This document shows positions 1 through 11,449 of a stretch of DNA of 64,000 nt, one piece after another (positions within the stretch are counted from its first letter, which is position 1; every line of letters starts with the position of its first letter). This DNA comes from Chiloscyllium plagiosum. Lineage: Eukaryota. The position numbers were made by a program, and so were the translations under genes. The stretch lies in contig NC_057751.1 of the NCBI RefSeq assembly GCF_004010195.1, forward strand, positions 389,248-453,247, read 5' to 3'. The notes beneath the pieces are model-generated. The model did no database searches. It was given only the letters and a program-made list of their open reading frames with translations, and had not been told where the DNA came from.

Positions 1-720
1 GCATAGAGTACAATAGGTGAATGGGGGGGGGGATAGAGGTGATAGGTCAGAGAGGAGGGTGGAGTGGATGGGGGAAAGGAAGATAGGCAGGTAGGATAGG
101 TCATGAGGACAGTGCGGAGCTGGAAGTTTGGAACTAGGGTGAGGTGGGGGCAGGGGAAATGAGGAAGCTGGTGAAGTCCACAATAATGCCCTGGGGTTGA
201 AGTGTTCCGAGGCGGAAGATGAGGTGTTCTTCCTCCAGGTGTCGAGTGGTGAGGGAGCGGCGGTGAAGGAGGCCCAGGACCTCCATGTCCTCGGCTGAAT
301 GGGAGGGAGAGTTGAAATGTTGGGCCACGGGACGGTGGGGTTGATTGGTGCGGGTATCCCGGAGATGTTCTCTGAAGCGCTCTGCTAGGAGGCGCCCAGT
401 CTCCCCAGTGTAGAGGAGACCGCATCAGGAGCAACGGATACAATAAATGATATTGATGAATGTGCAGGTACAACTTTGATGAATGTGGAAGGCTCCTTTG
501 GGGCCTTGGATAGAGGTGTGGGCGCAGGTTTTGCAATTCCTGCGGTGGCAGGGGAAGGTGTCAGGATGGGAGGGTGGGTTGTTGGGGGCGTGGACCTGAT
601 TAGGTAGTCATGGAGGGAACAGCCTTTGCGGAAGGCGGAAAGGGGTGGGGAGGGAAATATATCCCTGGTGGTGGGGTCTGTTTGGAGGTGGCGGAAATGT
701 CGGCGGATGATTTGGTTTAC
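1..720 (-). mobile_element. Penelope-like retroelement fragment (GIY-YIG endonuclease region), left arm of an inverted pair, cut by window start
   Basis: Minus ORFs 385..723 (IIRRHFRHLQTDPTTRDIFPSPPLSAFRK) and 134..328 (AQHFNSPSHS...EEEHLIFRLGTLQPQGI) resemble the PLE linker and GIY-YIG C-terminus; frameshifted. Confidence 0.85.
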
Positions 721-1650
721 CAACCTTCACGTAAATCAAATAATCAGACGATATTTCCGCCACCTCCACACTGACCCCACCACCAGGGATATATTTCCCT
801 CCCCACCCGTTTCCACCTTCTGCAAAGACCATTCCCTTTGTGACTACTTGGTCAGGTCCATGCCCCCCAATAACCCACTGTCCTGTCTTGGCACCTTCCC
901 CTCCCATTGCAGGAACTGCAAAACCTGAGCCCACACCCTCCTCCCTCACGTCCATCCAAGGCCCCAAAGGAGTCTTCCACATCCAAAGTTTTACCTGCAC
1001 ATCCACCAATATCATTTATTGTATCAATTGCTCCCGATGCAGTCTCCTCTACATTGGGGAGACTGGACACCTCCTAGCAGAGCACTTTAGGGAACATCTC
1101 CGGGACACCCGCAACAATCAACCCCACCACCTCGTGGCCGGACATTTCAACTCCCCCTCCCAATTTGCCAAGGACATGCAAGTCCTGGATCTTCTCCATT
1201 GCCACTCCCTCACCACCCGCTGCGTGGAGGAAAAACACCTTATCTTCCACCTTGGAACCCTTCAGCCCCACGGCATCAATATGGAATTCACCAGTTTCCT
1301 AATTTCCCCTCCCTTACCCCAGTTCCAACCTTCCAGGTCAGCACCTCATAACCTGTCCCCACCTGTCAATCTTCCTTCCCACCTATCCACTCCACCCTCA
1401 TCTCCGACCGATCACCTTTATCTCCACCTCCATCCACCTATTGCACTCTCAGCTACCTTCTCCTCAGCCTCACTCCCATCCCCTTCCATTTATCTCTACA
1501 CCCCCAAAGCTCCCAGCCTCATTCCTGATGAAGGACTCTGGCCCAAATGTCAATTTTCTCGTCTTTGGATGCTGCCTGACCTGCTGCGCTTTTCCAGCAA
1601 CACACTCTCAACTCTGATCCCCATTATCTGCATACCTCACTGTCTCCTAA
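721..1650 (+). mobile_element. Penelope-like retroelement 3' fragment (GIY-YIG endonuclease, pyrimidine-rich tail, degenerate hammerhead-bearing terminus)
   Basis: ORF 840..1712 contains FTCTSTNIIYCINCSRCSLLYIGETG...RDTRNNQPHHLVAGHFNSP (GIY-YIG-type); tail 1521-1650 has CTGATGAAGG...GATGCTGCCTGACCTGCTGCGCTTTTCCAGC shared with the short elements below. Confidence 0.88.
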
Positions 1651-1689
1651 CAACTTCAGTGAGTCTCTGGATGAAGCTTCATCCCAGAG

Positions 1690-1796
1690 ACTCATCTGAA
1701 ACTGTTACCTAGTATGGTGTCGAAATGTCTGAAAATGAGCCTTCCAGCTCAGTGAGCAAACTTACAACCTGAGCTACAAATCTTCTCAAAACTCAC
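1690..1796 (+). mobile_element. Degenerate Penelope-like terminal repeat (related to the ends of the 40 kb element)
   Basis: CTGAAACTGTTACCTAGTATGGTGTCGAAATGTCTG...CCAGCTCAGTGAGC...GAGCTACAAATC parallels 40616-40710. Confidence 0.6.
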
Positions 1797-2004
1797 GAAT
1801 ATAGTTCCTCGCAGGGCAGGCAGGGGTTTGTAACGTAGATTGGGATGACAGTTCCCATTCTGTGCCTTACAGGCTGCAGCCCTGCACTGTCCTAGGGGAA
1901 CCGTAGTCCCAATCAGGATTACAATTCCCCGGCCTGGCCTAGAAGGGTGAGGATGCCTTCTTTTTCTTACGATGTGAAGGAGCTGGTATTGGTCTGGGGT
2001 GGAT

Positions 2005-2144
2005 AAAGTTAAAAATCAAACAATGCTATGTTATAGTCCAACAGTCATGATTTCACCACTTGATGAAGGAGCAGCGCTCAGAAAGCTAGTGCTTTCACAT
2101 AAACCTGTTGGACTATAACCTGGTGTTGTGTGATTTTTAACTTT
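2005..2144. mobile_element. Short fold-back non-autonomous element with hammerhead-like core (family B)
   Basis: Inverted arms AAAGTTAAAAATCA..TTATAGTCCAACAG / CTGTTGGACTATAA..TGATTTTTAACTTT; internal CAC-TTGATGA-A-GGAGC-AGC-GCTCA-GAAAGCTA-GTG at 2057-2091. Confidence 0.65.
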
Positions 2145-2314
2145 TTCCTTGCTCCTGTTTGACCTGGTGGCATGAGTTGAAGTAGACGACTTCCAGGACC
2201 ACTTCTTTCTGATTGTGCAACACTTCTAGTGTAGCCGGACATCCAGTCCACTTTCCTCATTGCTTACTGTAACTGTATTTTCACCAGGTATCTGATTCCT
2301 GCAACCTTGCATAT

Positions 2315-2638
2315 TCATAGAATACTGAGTGTGGAAACAGGCTCTTTGGGCCAATAAGTCTACACCAACCCTCCGAAGTGAATCCCACCCAAACCCATTA
2401 CTCTAAATTTACCTCTGACTAATGCACCGAATTGAGACATCCCTGAACACTGTGGGCAATATAGCTTAGCCAATTCACCTAACCTGCACATCTTTGGATT
2501 GTGGGAGGAAACTGGAGAATCCAGAAGAAATCCATGCAGGCACGGGGAAATTCCACACAGTCACCGGAGGGTTGAATCAAACCTGGGTCCCTAGCACTGC
2601 GAGGCAGCAGTGCTAATCACTGAACCACCTTGCCGCCC
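2315..2638 (-). mobile_element. tRNA-derived V-SINE (HE1-like)
   Basis: Reverse complement shows tRNA-like head, V-domain-like core and CR1-type tail; similar to 20260-20575. Confidence 0.8.
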
Positions 2639-3665
2639 TGTCTCAATAATTATTTCCAGTTTGAAAGCCTTGATTGAATCTGCCTCCCCAACACTCTCAA
2701 AGCGAGCAGGCACTCACTGCATTTGTAAAATTTTCCAGAAGTCTCTGTTGCTTCACTCACCTTCAAACTGTCCTCTCTGGTTCATGATCCTTTCACCAAT
2801 GCAAACATTCTGCTCTGGACAGATACCTGCTTCTCTTGAACTCTTTGATCAAATCTCCTCCTGCCTTTAACTCTGCAACCACCACCTTCTGGACGTTTTG
2901 ATTCTATGTATCATTCATGAAACCATTCTCATGAATGGTTCCTGCACCATTTTGAACACTCGCACATTCTTCCAACAGTGCAACTCCCAGAACTACATGC
3001 ATCACCAAAGTTGACTTTTACACAGCTTTACGATAATGCCCCTATTGTACTCAAAGCCCCCACTGGTAAATCCTCATCTGCGATCCCATTACTCACTCTA
3101 TGAGCTGTGATGCCTGTAATGATTTATGCACGTTTTCACCCAGATCCCTCTGCTCCTGCAGCCTTTTGCTTTAGTACTCTCTCCTTGTTCTGCCAACTTA
3201 AACAAATCACTTCAGACTTCTCATTTAACTTCATCTACCATCAGTCTGCCCACTTATCAGTGTTGTCTCAAATGTTTACACTGTCCTCCTCCCAGGTTTT
3301 GTAGCATCTGCAAATTCAGAAAATGCGTCCTTGTCCACCAGAGTTGAGAATATGGATATATCACAGGCTTCTCCATCATGGCTAGGTCAAAATCAGACAT
3401 GGGGTGGGAATAAGAACTCTGAACAGGAGGCCATTCTGCCATTTAATATGATCATGGCTAATCCCATTTGTCCTCAACTCCACATTCCCACCCACTCTCC
3501 ATTATCCTTCAACATGTTTTTAATTAAAAATCTGTCTCTCTCCTCCTCAAATTTATTCAACTTCCCAGCATCTATCACATTCTGGAGTCATAAATTCCAC
3601 AGATTTATGTCTCTGTGCAGCCTCAATGAAGAGGTTTGATGGGCTGAATGGCCTCATTCAGTGCA

Positions 3666-3922
3666 AGGTAAAAACAATGACTGCAGCTGCTGGAAACCAG
3701 ATTCTGGATTAGTGGTGCTGGAAGAGCACAGCAGTTCATGTAGCATCCAAGGAGCAGCAAAATCAACGTTTCGGGCAAAAGCTCTTCATCTATTCCTGAT
3801 GAAGGGTTTTTGCTCGAAACATCGATTTTACTGCTCCTCTGATGCTGCCCGAGCTGCTGTGCTCTTCCAGCACCACTAATCCGGAATCTGGTTTCCAGCA
3901 TCTGCAGTCATTGTTTTTACCT
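3666..3922. mobile_element. Palindromic (fold-back) short PLE-derived element with back-to-back hammerhead-like cores (family A)
   Basis: ~125-bp inverted arms centred near 3792; flanking direct repeat CCTCATTCAGTGCAAG at 3652-3667 and 3920-3935. Confidence 0.8.
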
Positions 3923-4164
3923 CATTCAGTGCAAGTCAGCTCTCAAGCGCATAGCCCATCTGACTCTCTGAAAGGAACCATACCTGGCTGGATAGGAGTG
4001 TTCAAGCTATCTGGGGTCCTGCTACTCCTGTGCACCAGCAGGATGTGCTGTCGACCATCGTATAAATCATACTGTTATACAGGCACCAATTGTCACTTGT
4101 CGAAATTACAGATAAGGCACTGGCACAAGGTGAATCGTCACTTCACCGGATCAGTGTCAAAGAG

Positions 4165-4320
4165 TCACATAGCACAAAAGCAGACCCTTTGGCCCAACTC
4201 GTCCACACTGACAAAGTTTCCCAAACTAAACTCGTCCCATTTGCCTGGGTTTGGCCCATATCCCTCTAAACCTTTCTGATTCATGTACTTGCCCAAATGT
4301 CTTTCAAATGTTGTGACTGA
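4165..4320 (-). mobile_element. CR1 LINE 3' end fragment
   Basis: Reverse complement of the CR1 tail seen at 53770-53920. Confidence 0.7.
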
Positions 4321-4603
4321 GTAGAGGGAGCTTTATTTTGTAAATTACCTTTTGAGGGAGCATTGAATGAGAACAGTAACAAGGAAGCTTTATTTTCAGT
4401 TTAAAGTGACCAGCACACCCCTCGGCAAATATTTCACGGTGCGTTGATTCTTCCCCATAACCTGCTGCATTTCCTCTTTGGATTTAAAAAATTAGCTAAT
4501 GGTAACCATCAAATAAACAACAGTCGTGCAGGAGCTCAAACTTTTTCTCACTGCCAGACTGCTCTGCTCAACAAGAAATGAAAACACTGGCAGATCAACA
4601 AAA

Positions 4604-4930
4604 AGGGTGGCACAGTGGTTAGCACTGCTGCCTTACAGTTCCACGGACCCACATTCATTTCCAGCCTCAGGCAGCTGTCTCTGGAGAGTTTGCATATTCC
4701 CCCCTTGTCTGTGTGGGTTTCCTCCCACAGTCCAAAGTTGTGCAGATGAGGTGGATTGGCCATGCTAAATTACCCATACTGGAAGGATGCTGTAGACTAG
4801 GTTAATTAGCCATTGGAAATGCAAAGTTACAGGGATAAGATAGAGGAGTTGGGTTTGGAGGGGATGCTGCTTGGAGGATCGGTGTGGACTTGATCGGCTG
4901 AACGTCCTGCTTCTGCAGTGTGGGGAATCT
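4604..4930 (+). mobile_element. tRNA-derived V-SINE (HE1-like)
   Basis: GGTGGCACAGTGGTTAGCACTGCTGCC head, GAGTTTGCATATTCCCCC...GTGGGTTTCCTCCCACAGTCCAAAG core, CR1-like tail. Confidence 0.8.
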
Positions 4931-5525
4931 GTGAAAAAACTCTCAGGATTAGCACATTATAGTTAACACCCCATTTTACCAACTGAGATAAAAACTCTAG
5001 GCTCACACTGTCAGAGGGTCAGTTTCGAGGCAGCGCCGCGCTGTCAGGAACATTTAGGATGACTTCTTAACCAACTATCTGTCCTATTGGGTAGGTATAA
5101 AGAAATCCAAGAATATGACGTTAAAGAAATAAAGAAGTTTTTATCTGAATGTTGCTCAGGATTTACAAACAGAGAAGGTCATAAGAATGGGATCAGGGAT
5201 GTGAGGTTTGGGGCTGGGGTTGGAGTTGTGGGCTGATGGGGGGGAATTGATGGTGTTGACTGAACAACCAGCTTTGGATGTTGTAATTATTGGCCTTTGA
5301 GAAGGCCTGGCTCAAGACTGGATTGGATTCAGAGTCTGAGGAATCACTCTGAGGTTCCCCTCTATCTCACCCTCATGACATAGTTCAGGAGATGGGGCAC
5401 AGAGCATCTCCTGGATTGAGTGGAGAAGCTCCCTAATCATTGATAGACCTGTTAGATTGATCAGAAAGACACAAAATAAACTCTATGTGCGACAAAGGAA
5501 CCTTGGCTGCCAGGAAGTCACCTAA

Positions 5526-5804
5526 CATAGAATCCCTAAAATGTGGAAACAGGCCATCCAGTCCAACAAGTCCACACTGACTCTCTGAAATGCATCCCAC
5601 CCAGGCCCACCCGCTACAACCCTGCATCCCCCACGGCCAATCCACCTAACCTGCACATCTTTGGACGGCAGGAGCAAATCAGAACACCTAGAGGAAACCC
5701 ACACAGACACAGGGAGGATTGCAAATTCCATACAGACAGTTGCCTGAGGTTGTAAATGAATCCGGTTCCCTGGCGCTGAAGGAGCAGTACTAAGCACTGA
5801 GTCA
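5526..5804 (-). mobile_element. tRNA-derived V-SINE (HE1-like)
   Basis: Same head/core/tail organisation in reverse complement. Confidence 0.8.
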
Positions 5805-6032
5805 GCATACAGCCCACGAGTGTCAGTGTTTCTTCTTGTCCTGATTTTTGGCACAAATGAAATATCTAGTCAAACATTGACAAGGAAACCAGAATGCAGC
5901 TTTGTTAAAATCTCAGGAGGATGTCACTGGATCCTTTGGACACTTCCACAACAAGGGAACTGGATCACTATTTAATGAGACAGAAATTGCAGGACAACAG
6001 CAACATAATAGTGGAAGGGGATAAATTAGACC

Positions 6033-6128
6033 TTCCTGAAGAAGGGCTTATGCCCGAAACGTCGATTCTCCTGTTCCCTGGATGCTGCCTGACCTGCTGC
6101 GCTTTTCCAGCAACACATTTCCAGCGCA
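6033..6128 (+). mobile_element. 96-bp PLE-derived insertion (family A) with 13-bp TSD
   Basis: GATAAATTAGACC at 6020-6032 and 6129-6141 flanks TTCCTGAAGAAGGGCTTATGCCCGAAACGTCGATTCTCCTG... Confidence 0.85.
6034..6067 (+). ncRNA. Minimal type I hammerhead ribozyme motif (best-preserved copy)
   Basis: CUGAAGA (6036-6042), extra A, stem II GGGC/GCCC with UUAU loop, GAAAC-GUC with palindromic ACGU; stem I weak; activity untested. Confidence 0.65.
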
Positions 6129-6220
6129 GATAAATTAGACCAGTCTTTCAAACAGCAAGAAGTCAAGATGGGTAAATGGCCACTGCTCAATTCTGATTTC
6201 AAGTCAACCAATTGACTCAG

Positions 6221-6226
6221 TTTATT
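6221..6226 (-). promoter_or_regulatory. slc39a14: Candidate polyadenylation signal (AATAAA) of slc39a14
   Basis: TTTATT on + at the distal end of a ~3.3 kb repeat-poor stretch following the stop codon at 9494. Confidence 0.5.
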
Positions 6227-9200
6227 TCAAACCTCCAAGTCCTGAGTGTACAGTACAGTGAATAATTTACAAGCTGTTCCATGGTCAGTAAAGTGAGCCT
6301 ATCATTTTGGTATTGAGTTGCTGGGAACGCGCTATACATCATGTGACATCATCTCTGTAGCCAGATCCCAGAACATGATCCCCCCCCATCTGTGACAGGG
6401 CCTTCGATCCGGCAAAGACCCTTTCAATCCAGGGGCCCTTCCAGCATAGCCAGAGGATCCTGCTGCTATCTGTCAATCTGCACATCTCCATGAGAATGCG
6501 ACCTCCTGAACGGTCATAACCCAGTACAGCAGCTTTCCTGACTGACCACCCCTCAGGGTGGCGAGGGATAAATGTCCTAGGTGTTCATGACACTTCCCTT
6601 CCCACTTCCAGACTGGTGCAAGGTGCAATTATTTCCCTGTCTCAAGGTACCTTTCTCAGGAAGGGGTGCTCTCAAAATACCGAAGACAGAATACACTCTA
6701 CGATGATGAGCTGGATTTGAATCCCACACTCTCCATTATAGCGACTTGAGCAAAGAGATAATGTTCTATTTGAAAACAGTTTTCTACATGCTCCAAGAGT
6801 AATCCTGCTGATCTGACAGGAAAAGAGCACACAAGCAGCAATCTGCTTTGGTTCTGCCTGAACAGCATGGTTAGACCTGGGTATTTGGTTTCATTCTCAT
6901 TGCGAGGTTGTACAGTTGTATGTCATTAAGCTCAGACATTTTCAGATTACATAAAATGGCTCCTAAATAAAGTGAGGAGGAGAACACAGGGCCAGACATA
7001 TTTTCATTTTGAGCAGGCTGACCTTATCGAATGGTTCATTGCTACGTAACATCAAGTCCTTTGGTCACCCATTACCTTTCACCCCAGCCTCCGGATGGCC
7101 CCACTGTCTGTTTCGAGCACACGGCGATTATACCTCCTGACTGGATACAACACATTCAGGGGGGTGGGGGGAGAAAAACACGGATATCCTGATGATTCCA
7201 CTTCAGTATCATTGTTTGAAATTCAGACAATTAGGGAAAAGGTGCTGCTGTTGAGCTAGTGGTAACCAGAACCACATTACAGTTGACGGGATATCTCAGG
7301 ACAGGTTTGAATCAGGAAGAGCCCTTGCTCCACTCCATCACCCAGTTAGGAGAATGAGTCTGCCGAAAAGCTACAGTAATTTTCCTCACTCATTTCACTG
7401 CCTTTAATAAAGAAGTTTGACATCAGGCTTTGAGATGAGTGAGGTCAGGGTCTGGGGGAGGGAGTCAGGTCTGGGATCAGACTGTGCTTGGAATTAACCT
7501 GAAAGTTTTCACTCCATTAGAAATTATTCCAGATTTTGGAGAACTCTGTCTGCAATTATAACACTGTAATTACATCTGGCTACCAGTGGTAACAAGGGCG
7601 CACCTCCCTGAGGCACAAAGTGTGAGCGAGTTTCCTGGGCAGCTTTAGAAAGATAGACACGGGGTTTTCAAAGGAGGTGTGTTCAAAGAAGAACAGGATT
7701 CTGTTCAACAACAGCCTCCTCTTCCCCTCCACTGTCACCCAGTTCAGGGGCAAGGGCTCACCTCAGTGCACCATCTGCTCATTCCTGGGACAATGACTCC
7801 TCTTGTTCTTTGGACTGTCCATTGACCAGTTCATGCTGGTGTGTGGGTGTGGGAGGGGGTGGGCAGGGAGCAAGAGTGGGAGCAAGAGTGAGAGCGAGAG
7901 CGAGAATGCGCCGCAAGAAGATTTTAACAAGCTCCACATATGCAGAGCTGGTAGTATCTCTCTGGAAAAAAACAGACTATGGAGGTGCTGAGTCCAGGGC
8001 TGGGACCTCAACCTCCACAAAATGATTGAGAAACAAGAGCGGGCATATGGAAAGAGGCCTCAGTTCACTCCTCCCTCAGTCCACTCACTGACCCACCAAA
8101 ACAATATTTGGCAGTCTTTGAGTAATTCACAATTTGAGTATTATGAGAATGAGATGTGCTGAGAAAGCTTCTTGCCTTGTATCTGTCAGGACACAGCAAG
8201 AATGCCAATTGGAAAGGGAACAACAATTTACACTGCATAAGGAAAGGCTGGAGAGTGGTTGGTGAAGGTGTTTCCACAGGGAATGCAGCGGGAACAATTG
8301 TGCCTGAGCTTTTGCAGAACTCAGAATGTCGTGTCCAACATCAGATGTCCAACATCATGCTGGGTCAAAGCTTGCTGAACAATTCAATGTGTGCCAAGAA
8401 TGACTGTTGTCACCAACTCAAGGTTGCCAGTCGGGCTAGCACTGAGGTTTACTTCCTGATGTTCATAAGCAGGACTCTGAATTTCACCAGCTGGAAGAAC
8501 ATGTGCAGGAATTACATCCTTTTCATGTGAAGAAAAGTTCAGTAGTTACCTGTTCCCCAATCCCTATGACAATACCTTTACCAACCAGCGTCCACTTGCC
8601 AACAAACCAACACCAACCTCTCAGAGTGTAACTTCTTGTTCCCATGAAAATTCAACATTCTATCCTGATGAATGCATGATGAAAAGTTTTGGCTGCAGAT
8701 CTCTTTTTCAGCTATACTTAAGACTTCTGGTCTCCAATCAAACACCATCCCTCTCTACCTGTGTGCAAAAGGTTAGGAGACAAGGCAGACCTTCCCTCAG
8801 AAATACCAGTTGAACCAGCATCATGATTGTCAAAGGATCATGAGGATCAAGAGGAAGAGATGTATGGGAATGAAAACTGGACTTGTCCTGGGTTCTCCTG
8901 TGGCTCTGATGATCTGACTGTGAGAAGCTGCGATTTCCTTGTTGTGTGACCCAGGTGTCCTCTCTGACTAGACATTGTCTGACTGGTATTGTTAGAGATC
9001 CTAGAGCGACAAGATAAGCTTGGTTAAAATGTGACGTATTGTTCTGAATAGGACGCCCAGCTCTGATGAGAGGCCTGTGGTCAAGTCTAGCAGCAAGTTA
9101 ATTCCCTCTCCCATTATCTTCAATGTGCTTTTTCCATGTGGAGATCATTTTTGTTAACTCATCTTGACCAGGAAGGCATAAGACTGATGGCTAATTGAGA

Positions 9201-9493
9201 CAATGCCACTTAACACTTGAGGGGAAAATGTGGTCTCCTAAACCCTACAGGGCAGCAAGTTCTTGGACTGAGTGAACTGGAATGAATGTGTTGCTAATGA
9301 GCCTGAGGAGATTACCTTTTGCAAAGAGGAGGTTTTCAAAAGAGAGGCTGCTTTTGTTGTGGTAATCAAAACCTTGGCCAGCTATTGAGCAGCCCCTTGG
9401 TTTGTGATGGTGTCTGTGCTGAGAAAGTTTTCTGCCTCCCTTCCAAGCTGCCATGGCTTTAGGTGTCCATCGTGTCCCAGGGTCGGCCAAGAC

Positions 9494-9643
9494 CTAACCA
9501 ATTTGGATTGAGCCAGAGTACATGGTGAGCAGCAACATGATGGTAAACCCAGTGAGCAGGCCAGCGTTTTGGATTGCAAACACCAACAGTGAGGTCGACT
9601 CCTCCCCATCCTCTCCTTTGCTCACCTCATTCATCTCTGGGAA
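9494..9643 (-). CDS. slc39a14: Metal cation symporter ZIP14, last coding exon (FPEMNEV...MYSGSIQIG*)
   Basis: Acceptor AG 9645-9644, stop TAG 9496-9494; [20 protein letters not shown] matches the ZIP14 C-terminus. Confidence 0.95.
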   Translation of the reverse strand, partial: FPEMNEVSKGEDGEESTSLLVFAIQNAGLLTGFTIMLLLTMYSGSIQIG

Positions 9644-10313
9644 CTGTGGAGATAGACAAGTCACAGAACACAGGGTAAACTCGCTGAACTCCTCTGAAGG
9701 AGTGAGGTTTCCCCTCACGCACCACAATCCACCATGCAGAGGCAATGACAAACACACTCATGGAGCCACTGGCCTCTCTCAGTAATCCCGGGTCTAATGA
9801 TGCTGTAGAGCCACACATTCAGTAACTATCACACGGAAACAGGGCCTTCAGCGTTATCTATGTCTATCAGTGTTTCTCCCCAATCCATTGTATCCCCCTC
9901 TTCCTACATCCCGTTTTCCAGCCTTGGTTCAGCCACTGATGTGACCTGTTCTGATATGTTGACCTGGCCCCAGCTTCAATTAGTGACTCTAGGAGCGAAT
10001 CCTGACTCCGTACACATGCCCTCTTCCTTGCTCACCATCACCATATCCCACACTGTGAGGACTGCCTTGCACTTAGTGTCTGGATGAATGGTCTGGAGGA
10101 ATGAGTTCAAAGCCAACCTCAGTACACTCTAAAGTTTGAAGCTTGGCTCAAACTTGGAGATGATTAATCCACGGGATGAACTCCCCTCTGCTTCCTTCAT
10201 GCCCTCCAATCAGGAAATGTGCCTGGTATGGTCTACAGGTGACTCCATCCCCAGCCCAGACATGTCCTTGTCCTCGCCCCAAAACCACCATCACAATGAA
10301 GGCGTTGACTCAC

Positions 10314-10498
10314 CATGTCTGCCAGTGCGATGTAGAGAAACATCCCACCAGCCAGAGCAAAGATCCAGTTAGCAGAGAAGTGGCTGCCAGCAAGGATGCC
10401 GAAGACCAGGCCAAGGTAGCAACAGCAGGCTGACAGGAAGTTAAAGAAGAGAGCTTGTTGGAGGCTCATGCCAGCATTGAGCAGAATCACAAAGTCAC
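10314..10498 (-). CDS. slc39a14: ZIP14 exon 8 (185 nt; [12 protein letters not shown]...FLYIALADM)
   Basis: AG/GT boundaries, phase consistent with neighbours, LIV-1 family TM motifs. Confidence 0.95.
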
Positions 10499-10541
10499 CT
10501 GCATTGGGGGTCGGGGGGTGGGGGTGGTGAGCAGGGAGGAC

Positions 10542-10577
<36 letters not shown>
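10542..10577. repeat. (GA)n microsatellite followed by (CAGA)n
   Basis: Direct reading; a (TC)n tract just upstream of the exon 8 acceptor on the minus strand. Confidence 0.9.
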
Positions 10578-10578
<1 letters not shown>

Positions 10579-10994
10579 TATCAGCAACAATCAGCTTACC
10601 CACATCTTTACAGTGCTCAGGGAAAGAGTGGAGGTCATTACTGGGGAGGGCAGGACCGGACCGGATGGGAGGGTGACTTCATTTGGCTCTCAGTCAAACA
10701 GCACCTCCACTTCTGACTGATGCCATAGAATTTCCCTTCTGGATATCCATAACCTCTACCAGCCTCTCAACCTTCTCTGCACCACTCCTACATGCCTTCT
10801 CAGCAATCTCCCAAAACCCAGTGCTGCACCATCAGGAGATGTGCCTTCAACTGCCTGGACCTGCGAGCTCGAGAATTTCCCATCCCTTAACTTCCTCTCG
10901 CCCTCCATTTCTTCCCAAAATTTAAGCCCCTTCAGGAATTCCTGTGACCCAGCGACGAATTGTGTTTGAGATGTCCATCATTGTTCCAACCTTC

Positions 10995-11125
10995 TTCATC
11001 CTGAAGGGTTTATGCCCATCACATCGATTCTCCTGCTCCTCGAATGCTGCCTGACCTGCTGTGCTTTTCCAGCACCACACTCTCGACTCTGATCTCCAGC
11101 ATCTGCAGTGCTCACTTTCTCCTAC
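10995..11125 (+). mobile_element. Family A short PLE-derived element, hammerhead core degenerate
   Basis: CTGAAGGGTTTATGCCCATCACATCGATTCTCCTGCTCC...GCTGCCTGACCTGCTGTGCTTTTCCAGC...CTCACTTTCTCC. Confidence 0.75.
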
Positions 11126-11449
11126 TTGATTTCCATCATTGTAACATACAGCAGAGCGTTCAGCATGGTTCAGGTGAGTTTTCACTCTGAGATGGTCAGG
11201 CGTGTGTTCATTGCAGCAATTTGCTGCTGGGAGTCTGAATGGAAGGGATGAGCTACACAGGGCCCTGTCCACACCACCTTGACCCACAGCACTCCCACCA
11301 TGGTTCCTCAGGCAGATATCCCAAACTGGAACCAGAGACTGGCGAAGCCCCCACCTTCCCTTGGCCCAGTAGTGAATCAAGACTCTTCCAGTGCTGCCCA
11401 GTCTCCACCCTGAGCTTCGACAGAGGTGGGGGAAAGGAGGGGTACGTAC

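Noticed and set aside
840..1712. 290-aa ORF as a host gene or intact endonuclease
   Set aside because: Only the middle is GIY-YIG-like; the start is out of frame with the upstream PLE sequence and the tail reads through the non-coding terminus. It is a TE fragment.
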